Assembly (NCBI GenBank): GCA_020184695.1
Contig: JAANOX010000153.1
Coordinates: 372,001 to 436,000, forward strand
Direction of reading: 5' to 3'
Source of the DNA: Histomonas meleagridis 2922-C6/04-290x
Taxonomy: Eukaryota; Protista; Parabasalia
Length of the DNA: 64,000 nucleotides
Shown here: piece by piece, positions 23,340 to 35,971 of the stretch
How positions within the stretch are numbered: position 1 is the stretch's first letter
Layout of the letters: the number at the start of each line of letters is the position of its first letter
Position numbers and translations under genes: made by a program
Notes under the pieces: model-generated
Database searches by the model: none
What the model was told of the DNA's origin: nothing
Seen by the model: only the letters and a program-made list of their open reading frames with translations

Positions 23340-24720
23340 TTTTAACATTTGACTAACGCTGCTAATGTCATTAAGCCTTCTTCATATATAACATAGTATT
23401 GTGTTTGTAATAAATCAAAGATTAATTGTACAACGCTATGAAATAATTCTTGTGTCTTAAGTTTTAATATGAATACTGTAAGTATTGAACAAATCCCTGC
23501 TTGATATGTACATTTAATGATTTCGGAACTTATAAATTCATTTGATTTACTTAATGTGTCACATGTCTATACAAACAATTCAAGTAATCGGTCGTTATTG
23601 CTTTTATCCATATGCGATATTAAATTACAAATTGATTCAGTGACAAATGAAATAGTATTAGTGATATTACTTTCTTCATCTTCAATTCCAATAACATAAC
23701 TTAACATATTTTGTAACATGAGATAAATTCTTTCAAAGTAATTCGGTATTAATTTTGTGCCAACATAATATTATGGAATATCGATCAATGATTATCAGTG
23801 GTATTTGTTTCGTGCAGTTCATTTAATGATGGTATAATTCCTAATATTATTTTAAATCTTTGTGCAGAATCATTCGCTTTAATTATCATTGTTGGATATA
23901 ACTTTAATATCATCGAAAGTACAAATAATGCTGTCTCTCGTAAGTGTGCGCAATACTTCGGCGTACAAAAGTCTATAACATAATCAAAAACATTACATAA
24001 AAATGGTAAAAATATTTCACTATTAATTGGACGTTCTAATATCGAATACATAAGCAACAAAGCTGTATGACAATGTACCCAACTTTGTTGTTCTTTAATT
24101 AAATTTATTATTGTTTGCGAACATTTCTCAAATACTACAGAAGGCTCTACTTTATAAATGGATTGTAATGTAGTAGTTACAACGCATATGTGGCAGTGAA
24201 TCATTGACATCTTCAATTCCAACATCATTAGGATCAATTGATTGTAAAATGTTAATGAAGATTTCGAAATAACTTTCAATGACTGTTAGTGATAAATGTA
24301 AAAGACCGCATTTAAATGTTGGCCGATTTTGATATGCATATTCAAACTGCGCAAGTTCTTCCCAAAATGTTATTGATACGCATTGATACTTAGGATTGCT
24401 TATGGTCATTCCTTTTAATACGCAATTGCTTATAATGTCCATGAAACTTGGCTAAAGAGGATAATATTTCTTAATGAGAAGAAGCATTGTTATGAAGTGT
24501 TTCAAAGAGTTTTTTTTTGGTGTGATAAGTGACGATTGAATGCTTTGAAGAATTATTGAATTTTTACTTCAGCATTATCATCAATTATCTTGTCTGAAAG
24601 ATGAAGAATGGTAGAATATGCAGCATCCACTGCAGATTCGCGAACTTCAGAAATTTAATCATCTGGAATGCTAAGTGGTAGCTTTTGAGGTTGGGAATAA
24701 ACCCATTGAGAGACCATATA
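23340..24720 (-). pseudogene. Importin-beta/karyopherin-like HEAT-repeat relic
   Basis: Fragments ITFWEELAQFE, SWVHCHTALLLMYSILE, HLRETALFVLSMIL, EVRESAVDA in different frames with stops. Boundaries approximate. Confidence 0.5.
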
Positions 24721-25756
24721 TTATTTACAATAATATTTCGGCGCTCTGGAGTTGTGGGATTTAATAAATATGAAATTATTTTTGCTGAATATCGTCGAAT
24801 TTCGTTTGGATTGCTTTGATTTGCATGTAAAAAATAAAATTTTTGGATATCATTTGGTTGGTTATTGGATCTATTTGATCATAAGCTTCTCTATCAATAA
24901 GACCAACAAGCTCATAAAAATTTTGGTCTTAAGTAGAATCATGATTTTGAAATAAGTTCTTCATATCCCAAAGTTACATTAGTACCTTGTATAGCATTAA
25001 GGCTAAAGTACATTTTATAGTGTAACAAATAAATTATGGCTAGGAGAGGTTATGGGAAACTTTAGCCAAAATTCATAACGTCATCACCTTTTAGTAAACG
25101 TCGTCTGACATGTGATATGAAATAATGCCAACCAGAACATCTTTCTGATATATAAAAAATCGTTTATTGTTTATTTTGATTTATTTTTGTGATAACTAGA
25201 TAACTTGATGTTCCTTACTTAATTTTGCTCAGAAAATGAACTTTAACGCGAAAATAAAAACGAATAAAGAATATAGCTTTAAATCACCACCAATTATAAA
25301 CTATTCAAAAATTGAATTGAACATTCTCTAAAATCATAGGTGCCGAAATTTTTATCACAGGTCGAAAATCCATTTTTAAACATATATTATATGATCCACG
25401 ATATTATTCGATTGGTTTATTTTTTGAATGCATCTGCAGTTCCAACGATTTAGTGTCGAACTAAAAACCATTGAAAAGTCGCCTTCATATATTTCAAGAA
25501 TTAAATCACAAAAAAATTAATTTAAAATTGTGAATTTCACAAAATATAAAGTTATCTGCCTTATTTCATATATAAATATAAATATCTTATTGTACACCTC
25601 GTAATGTGAGAATTAAATATATATTCGTTCCACTGTTACATTCGCTAAGTATACAATCTAATAAAATCTCATCAAAAATTGTCGTTCCGAATATTCAATT
25701 AAAAATTTTTTATATTCAAATATCTCAAAAATCATCCGAATTTTCACGACAATTTG

Positions 25757-26390
25757 ATGTTCATTTTATTTGTTAATCTTATTTGCAGCCAAGATGGATT
25801 TTATCTTATAGCAGAAGCTAGATTGGATTATGGGTCAGGCAAAGGTGGTACACACCTGACATGGGATAACATGACGAATATTAATAATACGCATCAAAAA
25901 ACGCACAAAAATACAATACAAATGAGGTCAGATTCAAATTCAAAGATGGCACAAGTAAAAATTCGTCATAGTCAGTTGCATTAAAAGTTATGATGAAAGG
26001 TGATCAAATGATCAAAAAATATGAAACAGAGGAATATGAACCTGCTGGAATAGATCAAGACAAAAAAGAACCACTTATTTTCGTTGATATTATGTCAATC
26101 AATGATTTCGAAGGTAACATCTAATCTAATCCCGAATTTATCTATGATTATGTTCTTATCTTTGGTACATGTTTTGCAGGATATTCAATCACAACTACTA
26201 CAGCCACCGAACATATCGCTAAATATATAATTTCACATGATTTTTATATGAATAGTCAAGAAACAGTGATATTCCCAATACGCAAACTATTTGGCATCTA
26301 CTCATCACCAGTTGATCAAATCATATAATGGTGGACTTATTCGCATAACACATTATTTATGGCACTTTCAAAGAGAAGGACTATTGACAA
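25757..26390 (+). pseudogene. Degenerate secreted-protein gene
   Basis: Signal-peptide-like MFILFVNLICSQ followed by coding-like sequence with frameshifts/stops; no family recognised. Confidence 0.35.
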
Positions 26391-26548
26391 ACTATCTGAC
26401 AAAGCGGATTTGAAGTACACTTTTCCCTGAAACCCTAATGTGGAAGAAGATCTTCTCAAATGATTTGAAAAATACATAGATTTTATTTTCATTTTTTATT
26501 TTTACATTTAGTTTTAGATATGCTATTTGTTTATTAAAAACTGCAAAT

Positions 26549-28829
26549 CTAAACTTCAGATGATTTTTCACTACTCTCAATAATCTTGTTATGGGCATTA
26601 TTCTTCTTTCTTCGAACAACAAGAACAATAACAATAACAACAACAACAACTACGACAATAGCAACAGGAACAGCTACAGCCACTGCTGTATTGGTGTTAC
26701 CTTTGGAATCATTTCCATTTGATTTCATTTCTTCATTTTTCGCAATTGCTTCTTGTAATATTTGATTAAATTCTTGTTCTGTTTGGGCATTGTTTAATTT
26801 ATCAATATATTCTTGTTGTAATTCGCCTAAATTTTCCAACTTTCCAATATCTTGTTTTACTGATTCTTTTTTATTTGATTTTATTTCTTCATTTTGTGAT
26901 TGCGCTTTTGCAACAATTTCATTTAATTCTTCTAGTGAGTTTGCATTTGAAACTTGTGTAGTATAATTTGCTTTATTTTCTTCTTCTAAAAACTTAAAAT
27001 CATTAATTTTATTCTTTGCTAATGTTTTTTGTGTTTCTTCATTTTTATTTGATGCAGATTCTCCAGTTGAAACAATTTCATTTAATTCTTCTTGTGAGTT
27101 TGCATTTGAAATTTGTGTAGTATAATTTACTTTATTTTCTTCTTCTAAAAACTTAAAATCATTAATTTTATTCTTTGCTAATGTTTTTTGTGTTTCTTCA
27201 TTTTTATTTGATTCAGTTTGTGCTTTTACAACAATTTCATTTAATTCTTCTAGTGAGTTTGCATTTGAAATTTTTTCAGCATAATTTACTTTATTTTCTT
27301 CTTCTAAAAACTTTAAATCATTAATTTTATTCTTTGCTAATGTTTTTTGTGTTTCTTCATTTTTATTTGATGAAGATTCTGCAGTTGAAACAATTTCATT
27401 TAATTCTTCTTGTGAGTTTGCATTTGAAATTTGTGTAGTATAATTTACTTTATTTTCTTCTTCTAAAAACTTAAAATCATCAATTTTATTCTTTGCTAAT
27501 GTTTTTTGTGTTTCTTCATTTTTATTTGATTCAGTTTGTGCTTTTACAACAATTTCATTTAATTCTTCGTGTGATTTTGCATTTGAAATTTGTGTAGTAT
27601 ATTTTGCTTTATTTTCTTCACCTAAAAACTTTAAATTATTAATTTTGCTTGATGCTTCAACTTTAAAATCTTGAAAGAATTTATCTAAATCAGAAAATGC
27701 CTTTTTGCCAATTAATTGAATTGATCCCAATTTATCTTTGCATTTTTCGTATGTAAGTTTCTCTACATTATAAAATGCATAAGCACCAATTGTCGTAACA
27801 CCTTCTTCAATCTTAAGATCAGTAATATCATCAAAGAAATTCTTCCAAGGAACAAGTGCTTCGCTTTCAAAATCACGCATTGGTCCATTTCCTTTAATAG
27901 TAAGAAGCCCATTTTTCAGTGTCCACCTAAGATTTGATCCGATTAAACCAGAGTCTGTTGCTTCCATTTGATATAATAGTGGCTTATCTTTAGGTTCATG
28001 CCAAGTATACATTTTATACTTATAATCAACATCAGTAATTGGGTAACCCCAATCTAATTCACCATCATCATAAGTATAATGAGTCCTATGATACTCTGCA
28101 TTGATTCCCCTTAAGAACACTGCTTCAAGACTTGTAGTACTGTCGTATGCATACCAATCTTCGCCAAGATGAACCCAATTCCATGCATGTGCACTTGTCG
28201 TAACTCCTAGAACAGTAAAAACCCTCAACACCTGTGCGATTGAAGAAGAGAGTTGATAGAGCAGAATAGCCTCGACATATCAGTTCTATGTTGGAATAGA
28301 GCACTATATGCGAATTTCGTATTGAGGAACCTCGCCATATACAACGTTGTCTATTGAGTCCACCACCAAATAGCAACTAATTTTTCGTAATCTGTGTGGA
28401 GATCATTCTCAGGGACCATATCACTGTAAATTACCAGTTGCAAAACATATTATCAACTTCTTGCCTGAGAACGACAGTTCTTCATATTGACTGGTCAACT
28501 TTTGCTAAATATTGTTCCCAGAAATCTCCGATTCCATTTAATTCCACATCCACAGGAAGGCCTGTTATTTTATGATGTTCTTCACGAGTCATAACGAGAG
28601 TAAATGGTACGGTAAATCTCCATGAAACCGTGGCTCTTATGAGCAGTTCTAGAACTTCATCATATCTATCATTTGTATAGTTTAGAATGAGAAGATCTTC
28701 TATTTTTTCGCTGCCTAAGATGTCTGTTGACCATAAATATTCAGTTGTATAATTAAGATTTATAACAGCATTAGCATGTGTTGGTAAAATTATAGATGCG
28801 AATATTATCATTAGAATCTTCGTAATCAT
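26549..28829 (-). CDS. Surface protein: signal peptide, transglutaminase-like domain, BspA-like stretch, GA-module-like repeats, TM. 5' third is frameshifted
   Basis: ICRGYSALSTLF (frame of ORF 28125-28376) and HAWNWVHLGEDWYAYDST (560-aa ORF) give a C-H-D triad; TDYEKLVAIWWW; signal peptide in ORF 28482-28829; C-terminal TM plus RRKK. Confidence 0.7.
26790..27660 (-). repeat. 159-bp (53-aa) coding tandem repeat, ~5 copies plus a divergent sixth
   Basis: ATTCTTTGCT recurs at 27011, 27170, 27329 and 27488. Confidence 0.92.
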
Positions 28830-29637
28830 AGTAATACAGCAAATATCAGAATGATATAAATTTGTACGCTATTGATTGAATTGTTGTAAACATTGATTTC
28901 AAATTCTGAGGTTTGAATAGAATTACTGAGGTTTTTGTAAGAATTTTGTTGAAATGTTTGTTATTCAACAGTTGCTGGAACCAGAGTATTCAAAAAGTCG
29001 TTATATCGAAGAGATTTTTCATATGCGAGGTTTTTATATCATCTTATATAACATATTCTATGATATCATTCAAAAGTGGATTCAAATGAATTCAGTACGG
29101 ATTTACACTTCGTAGTGTTAAATAGTCCGATCAGATATATATTCAAAATATTTGAACATACAATAAAAATATCTCGAAAATATCATAATATTTTTTGATA
29201 TAACTCAATAGAAATGTCAAAATAATATCATAAATTTTAAATATATATAAAAATCGAAATTCACTTCTCATTGTATGATCTGATCATGCAATTCGTGTTT
29301 CTCAATGAGTCATGTATTTAGTTCATAGGATGGCCAATGCATTCAGGTTTGTCCTTTTTTCATCATTATAACATTCATTTCATTGTGTTGAATATGAAGG
29401 ATTGCATTTTAACATTATGCGCCGCAACTTTTTGAGACGAAGTCACAAGCTGGAAGCATAACTTCCAAAATTTAAAGCCGTTTTAATTATTGAAAAAGCT
29501 ATATAACATAATATTTTATTCTGGGTTTTTATGAAGTTTACAACTATGAGATTTATATAATATGTAGAAACAATTTAAATTACCTCAAGAAGATGATCAA
29601 ACTATTTTGTTTTTAAAGAGTACAAAATAAAATTTAT

Positions 29638-30567
29638 TTAATCTGAAAATGATCCACATGTTATACGCATGTCCAAAGACCATGAAAGCACTGTATCTAT
29701 ATTAAACTCATTATCCACTATTCCAATTTTGCAATCACCAGAAGATGTCAGCGTAACAATTAAGTTTCTTGTTGCTTTGACCATTTTGATTCTATCATCC
29801 GAAATGATATATTCTCCGAGTGAATCGCCTGTTTCCATTGACCATGCGTAGATATGTCCTTCAATAGTACCAATCCATAGGACATTATTGTTCAATGAAA
29901 AACAGGTGACATTTTTCTCATGTGTAAATTGATAAATCGTGGATTCTGAAACTCCATCAACTACAACAACATTGTTATCAAAGCCAAAGAAAAATTGCCT
30001 TGAGTCATCAGTAAAACCAATGAAAACAGGAATAACATTGAGTTTTCTTGTCCTGGCATTATGCGCATGCATAAGATCCCACATACGAATCGCTCCATCC
30101 TTGCCACCGCTAAGCATGAATTTACCTGTGTTAGAAATAGCGTGTGTAAGTACAGGTCCAACATGTCCTTTCAGTTGTTTCATCATCGACCAATCTGTAG
30201 TTCTCCAAATACATAAAGTTTTGTCAGCTGAACCACTGATGAGATAAGAATTTTGGAAGAATTGAAGACTTTCAACACAATCATCATGTGTGATTAAAGA
30301 TCCAACATTTTTCATTGTTTTTAAGTCGAAGATAGAAATTGAGCCATCGAATCCGCCTGAAGCCACATAACGTTTTGATGAAGCAAGAGAACGAACAGAT
30401 CCTTCATGTGGTTTAAAATTGAATAATAGTTTGGCATATAACCCAACATGACCTTCTGGAATTTCTTCAGGAATTTCTGTGCAACCTTCTGGAATATTCC
30501 ATATTCTATAGCAATATAAGATACCATCATATGTTCCAATTGAAAGAACACCAATTTCTTCACACAT
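29638..30567 (-). CDS. WD40 protein, PAK1IP1/MAK11-like
   Basis: LSIGTYDG N-terminus; HEGSVRSL, GSADKTLCIW, SGGKDGAIRMWDL. Confidence 0.75.
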   Translation of the reverse strand: MCEEIGVLSIGTYDGILYCYRIWNIPEGCTEIPEEIPEGHVGLYAKLLFNFKPHEGSVRSLASSKRYVASGGFDGSISIFDLKTMKNVGSLITHDDCVESLQFFQNSYLISGSADKTLCIWRTTDWSMMKQLKGHVGPVLTHAISNTGKFMLSGGKDGAIRMWDLMHAHNARTRKLNVIPVFIGFTDDSRQFFFGFDNNVVVVDGVSESTIYQFTHEKNVTCFSLNNNVLWIGTIEGHIYAWSMETGDSLGEYIISDDRIKMVKATRNLIVTLTSSGDCKIGIVDNEFNIDTVLSWSLDMRITCGSFSD

Positions 30568-30980
30568 AATTCTTGGTTCCTCAACCAAACAAACTTGGTC
30601 AATTCACACGACCAAAATTCCAATCGATTTATTATGGATGATTTCGCCCATTTTAATACTATGGTGAATTTTTTTCTTGAAGTTATTCTTGTTTTCTATA
30701 TGGTTTACAGAATCACTCCTTTTTTCTTTACGTCCATTAACAAAACACTGTCAACAAACTTTCTCTCTTATAGATTTCTTTTAAATTTTAAAATTATTTG
30801 ACATGTATTTAATACATTTCAGATTTTAGAATATAAGGACAGTAGACAAATTTTCATGAAGATATAATAATTTAAAAAAAAAATCCTTTGAATTTAGTCA
30901 TTTTACTTAAGATTGGGCTCGATACATCGATAAACCGCTGATAAATGTCAAAACCGTTATCGATATACTATCGTTATCAG

Positions 30981-31675
30981 CTGATAAAAAAGTGACAGAC
31001 TTGTATTCAAATTTCTTGTATCGTAATTGACGATAGCATTCAAATAAAATATCTCATGAATAATTATGAATATCCAAACTATTTTAGTTATTAATAATTT
31101 CCTAATAATATTTAGGATATCATTATGCAAATATAAAAATTTAGTGACAATGATAATTGATATATTTTTTTTTTGTAACTTAGTTTAAACTTTTGATATC
31201 AGAATAAACATGAATTAAAATACTATAAGTAGAACTCAAAATGCATTAAAAATATATAAATTGGAAAATCAAATTTAAATGCAATTTTATTTGACTTCCA
31301 AAATTCATATAAATTTAGTTCATTTTATATGGGGCTGATAATTTCATTTGATTTAATCATATAAGATTCGCACAATTAATTGTGCTTCAGCTTCATTCAG
31401 GCGGTTGGGACACTTTTGAATTCTTTTGGGTTCAACTTGAAAAAGTTCAAAGGGTTTTGAACTGAGCTTTAGTATTATGCTTTTGGGCGAAGCGAAAATT
31501 ATTCCAATGAAATAATCAAAAAGTAGATATCTTAAAAAGTACCAATTCGAGATATTTATCGATAATATCTTGAGAAATATTTATCCTGATAAAAAAGTGA
31601 CAATCTACATTCAAAATTCTTATATCGTCCTGAACGATAGTATTCAAAATTTTATCCCAAATCAATTCTGATAGT
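30981..31675 (+). repeat. Pair of diverged ~90-bp direct repeats (30981-31070; 31586-31675)
   Basis: CTGATAAAAAAGTGACA...ATTCAAA.TTCTT.TATCGT....ACGATAG.ATTCAAA in both copies. Confidence 0.65.
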
Positions 31676-32300
31676 AATTAAAAGATATTATAATTACGGA
31701 ATAATATAGTGGGCAATTTCATTTGGATTTGCTCCCTCTTTAATTAATTCGATATAAACAACATTTTTACTTTGATCCAAATATAATCGTTAGTCTGATT
31801 TGATGCAAAGTTTGTGGAGAATTTTGAACATATTATTTCTGCAGAATATTTATCAATAAAGTTTTGATCAATTATATTTTTAACAAGTTAATATGTTTCG
31901 TGGTATATATTAAATTGACAAAAACACAAATGATTTCATAATTACTTTTATTAATTTCTTTTTCCTTTAGATTGGTTTCAAATAAATAACATGAAAAAAT
32001 ATCACATTAACCTATTTGAGAAGAAAATGCAGAATAAATCACATATAATGGCGATAAAAACATACTGAAAATCTGAATCGAATAAACTCATTGTTTGTAG
32101 AACTGATATCTCAACATTTTCTTCATGAATATTAAAGATTATTTGTTCCAGTGAAGTATTTCCATCATTCTTTGCGCTTTTAATTTTTGGAATTTTTTTT
32201 ATATCTTTTGATGGAGATGAGTTATTGAACACAGGTGATGTTTTTTGGTTCAAAAAGAATCAAATTTCAAAATTTAATATCATTGTTGTTTATGTTTTAC

Positions 32301-32568
32301 TTAATCTTCAGTTACCCATCTTTGCCCACAGCGAGGACAATAATCTGATCGTGTAGTGATTAACTGGATACAATCAGCATGGAAAGTGCATCCGCAACGA
32401 CCTGTACGTGTTTCACAGTTACCTCTTTGACCACTATAATAATGCACGCTGCAAGGACCATTCAAAGGCATTCTGCATATGGCACAATCACCATTATGGT
32501 GTTGGACTAGCCATTAATGATAATTGTTCAAATTTGAATACAACCGTTGGGCCGCCCCTTTCTGGCAT
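32301..32568 (-). CDS. Rbx1/Apc11-like RING-H2 protein with a +1 frameshift near 32495 (absent from ORF track)
   Basis: MPERGGPTVVFKFEQLSLMASPT / NGDCAICRMPLNGPCSVH...CETRTGRCGCTFHADCIQ...CPRCGQRW. Confidence 0.72.
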
Positions 32569-33010
32569 TTTTTCACACTTTGAAAATTGATTTAAATTTG
32601 ATCGTTACCATTTGTGAATCTAAAACGATGAAATTCATTTCAAAAAGTTCTATCGAAGTTTGCATTTGGTGCGAAACCGTTTATTTCCCATTTAAATTCA
32701 TGTACGATACAATGCATAAACGATCATCTAAGCTATGGCGATAACCGGACTCCAATTAACCACATCTAAACCCAGTATATACGAGTATTGTTAAAGAAAT
32801 GTTTAAAATATTTTTATTTAATGTTTAATTTTGTGATTTTTTTATGAATCTCGCTCACAAATTTCCGAACAAATCTTGATGGATTTGTAACCGCAAAATG
32901 AATTCAAAAAGTTATTTTTTCTTCTAGATATTGAAAATCTCGTCTTCCTTAAAAACAGGATGAAAACTAGAGAAAAATTATATAAACTAGGCCTAATAAT
33001 GATGGCCACA

Positions 33011-33098
33011 TATTTATTTTTATATTTCTTTAAATTTATTTCAGGGTAGAATGAAAAAAAATTGGTTTTCTGATTTGAAATGACCGTTTATGTGGTTG
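33011..33098 (+). repeat. Dispersed ~85-bp repeat, copy 2
   Basis: Homologous to 13386-13470. Confidence 0.7.
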
Positions 33099-33563
33099 GC
33101 TATAATACTTCCCCAATTGCTAAGTTAAATTTAACAGAAATTTTACGGCACGTTTCTCATCCATTTTTTAGGACCATCATTAAATCGAATTTTTTGGAAA
33201 ATTCTATGTTTATTTTTCGATTACTCCAGTATAACCATGTACTATTTTTACTATATATGAATCTATGTAAAATTGAAATTTCGTCTTTATTACAATATGA
33301 ATGAAAAAAATATTAAAAAAAATTTATAGGGGAAAATATTGCCACGAAACATGACATGAAATTTTAAGATAAAATTTTGTTTAAATATTTAATCATATGA
33401 TTACATGCTCTAGTTTTTGGAAAACGATGTTATAAGTCATAAAATAATTAGTTTGAACTTCTGTTTTTATATCGATTTTATATTATTGCTTCATTAGGAT
33501 GCGTGTCACTTTTTGTATAAACTGAAAAGTGATGTGAAATCATGCCGAGTGAAGTTCATCATT

Positions 33564-34052
33564 ATGGATTGCTGCGTTGCTGCTTTTCATGCGGTCCTTG
33601 AAGAGATCGAAAAGGGTGGACTTAATACTGAAGCACAAGTATTTTTAAACGTTTTGTTTCCAAAGCCATTTATTGATCGTTCACATCGGATATTAACAAA
33701 AGAATCAGTTATTGTTTGTTACATCGCGCAAAATAGTCAAAGAACTTTTTGGAAAGTAACAACCAAAAGAAAGGTTTATTATGTTTTTCATAATTTAGAT
33801 TTCGATTATTGTTCATGTCCTTCTTTTCAAAGAGATGTTATCAAAGAAGGCAGATTTCCAATGTGCAAGCATTGCTTAGCGGTTTCTATATGTACTTCTT
33901 TGGCGAAAAAAAATGATCAGAATCCATTATTCCAAACTGAAATAGTTGAAGATGATGTTTTTACCGAAATCATTGCCACAACAGCTACCGGCTCTAACCT
34001 TTCTCCAAATCCAATTAAGAAAATATGCAAATCAAATTGGAATCGAACTTAA
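33564..34052 (+). CDS. SWIM zinc-finger protein, ZSWIM7/SWS1-like
   Basis: Small protein with YCSCPSF...MCKHCLAV SWIM motif preceded by an RTFWKV strand. Confidence 0.7.
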   Translation: MDCCVAAFHAVLEEIEKGGLNTEAQVFLNVLFPKPFIDRSHRILTKESVIVCYIAQNSQRTFWKVTTKRKVYYVFHNLDFDYCSCPSFQRDVIKEGRFPMCKHCLAVSICTSLAKKNDQNPLFQTEIVEDDVFTEIIATTATGSNLSPNPIKKICKSNWNRT

Positions 34053-34720
34053 TAACATTGTTAAGATTTTCTCTCTTCTAATTTTGTATTTAAACGCACT
34101 TTAACATTTTGCATTTCTGTTGAATTCTTTTTTAAAATTTATTTTTAATCTGTAGATATAAATCGTTCATGAAGGATCTTTCAATAATAATCATCACATA
34201 AAAAAGGATTCAAGTGTAATTGCAAGGAAAGCTTACAATTTGAGCATATTATTTGTTATTTATCATGTGTCCTTCAAGACAATTTTCCGATTATGGACAA
34301 TTTTGATACGATATAATAATTAACAGCTTTACTTCGCGAAGTTTTGTATTGAATTTGAGGTTATTTTATTTTTTGAACGCAATATAACGTCTTCCTATCG
34401 GCTGTATAACAGACGTTTCGAAGGCGTTTTAGACAATTTTGTCCAAATTAACCGCTGAACAATTTCTGATAAAAACTTAAAATATCCATTAATTTTTATA
34501 TTCGTTTTAAAATTTATATCAAATATTATAATTACTAAAGCATATTTTCCATGTAGCATAAAAAAATTATGCATGATATTTTTTATTACGAAGAAATTTA
34601 AATATTATTTTTTTTATGAACAGGTACTGAATCAAAGCTGACAGCCAAAATTTGATTGAAATATCTAATTGAAATTTTGAATGGAGTCATTTGCTTTTCA
34701 AATCTTTCAAATCCACTTGG

Positions 34721-35626
34721 ATGGAAGAACATTATTCCACGCTAACAGAAGCAATTAGCTCGATTTTCAAAAAAGAAGGAACACCACTTCTTTCGCTTGA
34801 CCGAATTTGTCAGGCTCTATCATCTCCAAACCTTTTTATTAGAAATGCTTCTGATGCAATACCATGTTCTTCCATTTCCAGGAGGAGGATATCCTCAATC
34901 CTCTCAAGCTCAGGCATGTTTGTTCGTGTCGGGCCACCCAGGTCATGCATGTGGGGTTTGAGACCTTCAAACCCATTTTTTCTTTCAGATGGTGCTTTAC
35001 TATCAAGTATTACCCAGGTACTCTCACAGAACGGCCCACTCCTCGCTTCAGAGATTGTTGAAAAAGGTGATTTTTCGGGAGCAAATCCAAAAATAATTTC
35101 TGATTTTCTTTTTCAACACAAAAATGAGTTCACTAACTTACCAACTCAACAGTGGTGGTTTGCAGGACAACCAATTCCACAAAAATGGTGCTTTGATAGC
35201 GTCGTTTTATCTCTCATACATGCATTTAATGTCATTGGCAGATCTGCATCCATTGAGGAATTGAATTGGTTGTTGTGTTTATCCACGCTTAAAGGTAATT
35301 CCAAGAAAATTTCGAGAAGGAAAATTTCTAGAGAATTATCCCGAAGAGCAGATTTATTCCAACACATTTCAAGAGCAAAATACTCTTTAATCAAATCCCC
35401 TAGTGTAACGCCAGCTCAATTATCTGTTTGTTCAACATGTCCATCCTCGCCAATTAATTTTCCTACCTCAAATGAAACAGCAAACAACTTCTCCACTTTC
35501 AACTTTCCTTCCGATCAAAATAAGTTTCAGATGGATTGGTTATCTTCTTGTGAAACACCTCCTCCTGAATCTGATTATTTTGATGTAAATGAATTTTTCT
35601 CTATAGGGTTTAGTGGGTTCGAATAA
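34721..35626 (+). CDS. Hypothetical protein, possibly winged-helix repeats
   Basis: 301-codon open frame; repeated helical segments followed by RRxI/LSxxLS; no family recognised with certainty. Confidence 0.6.
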   Translation: MEEHYSTLTEAISSIFKKEGTPLLSLDRICQALSSPNLFIRNASDAIPCSSISRRRISSILSSSGMFVRVGPPRSCMWGLRPSNPFFLSDGALLSSITQVLSQNGPLLASEIVEKGDFSGANPKIISDFLFQHKNEFTNLPTQQWWFAGQPIPQKWCFDSVVLSLIHAFNVIGRSASIEELNWLLCLSTLKGNSKKISRRKISRELSRRADLFQHISRAKYSLIKSPSVTPAQLSVCSTCPSSPINFPTSNETANNFSTFNFPSDQNKFQMDWLSSCETPPPESDYFDVNEFFSIGFSGFE

Positions 35627-35971
35627 AAATATCTTTGTACCTAATTATTGATAGTTAACAGGATTTTTTAACTATCCATGAATAAAAAGGCCTGGGAAAT
35701 AAACGTTTTTAATAAATTTTTAAAAACACAAATTTTTGACTTTTCTTCAGCGCATAACTCAATCTCCGGGTTCATAACAGCAAAAAATAACCACAAAGAT
35801 GATCTTTATTCGAGTTACGATGAACTTTTTTTTTCGAGATTATTTACCATGTATAATGTTAATTAAACTCATAACATGTACCCACATATCCTTTTAAAAA
35901 AAATTTTCTCAATCAATATCCATGAAAAAAGAAATTTTTCATAATTAAGAAATTGTTAATATTTATCTAAA

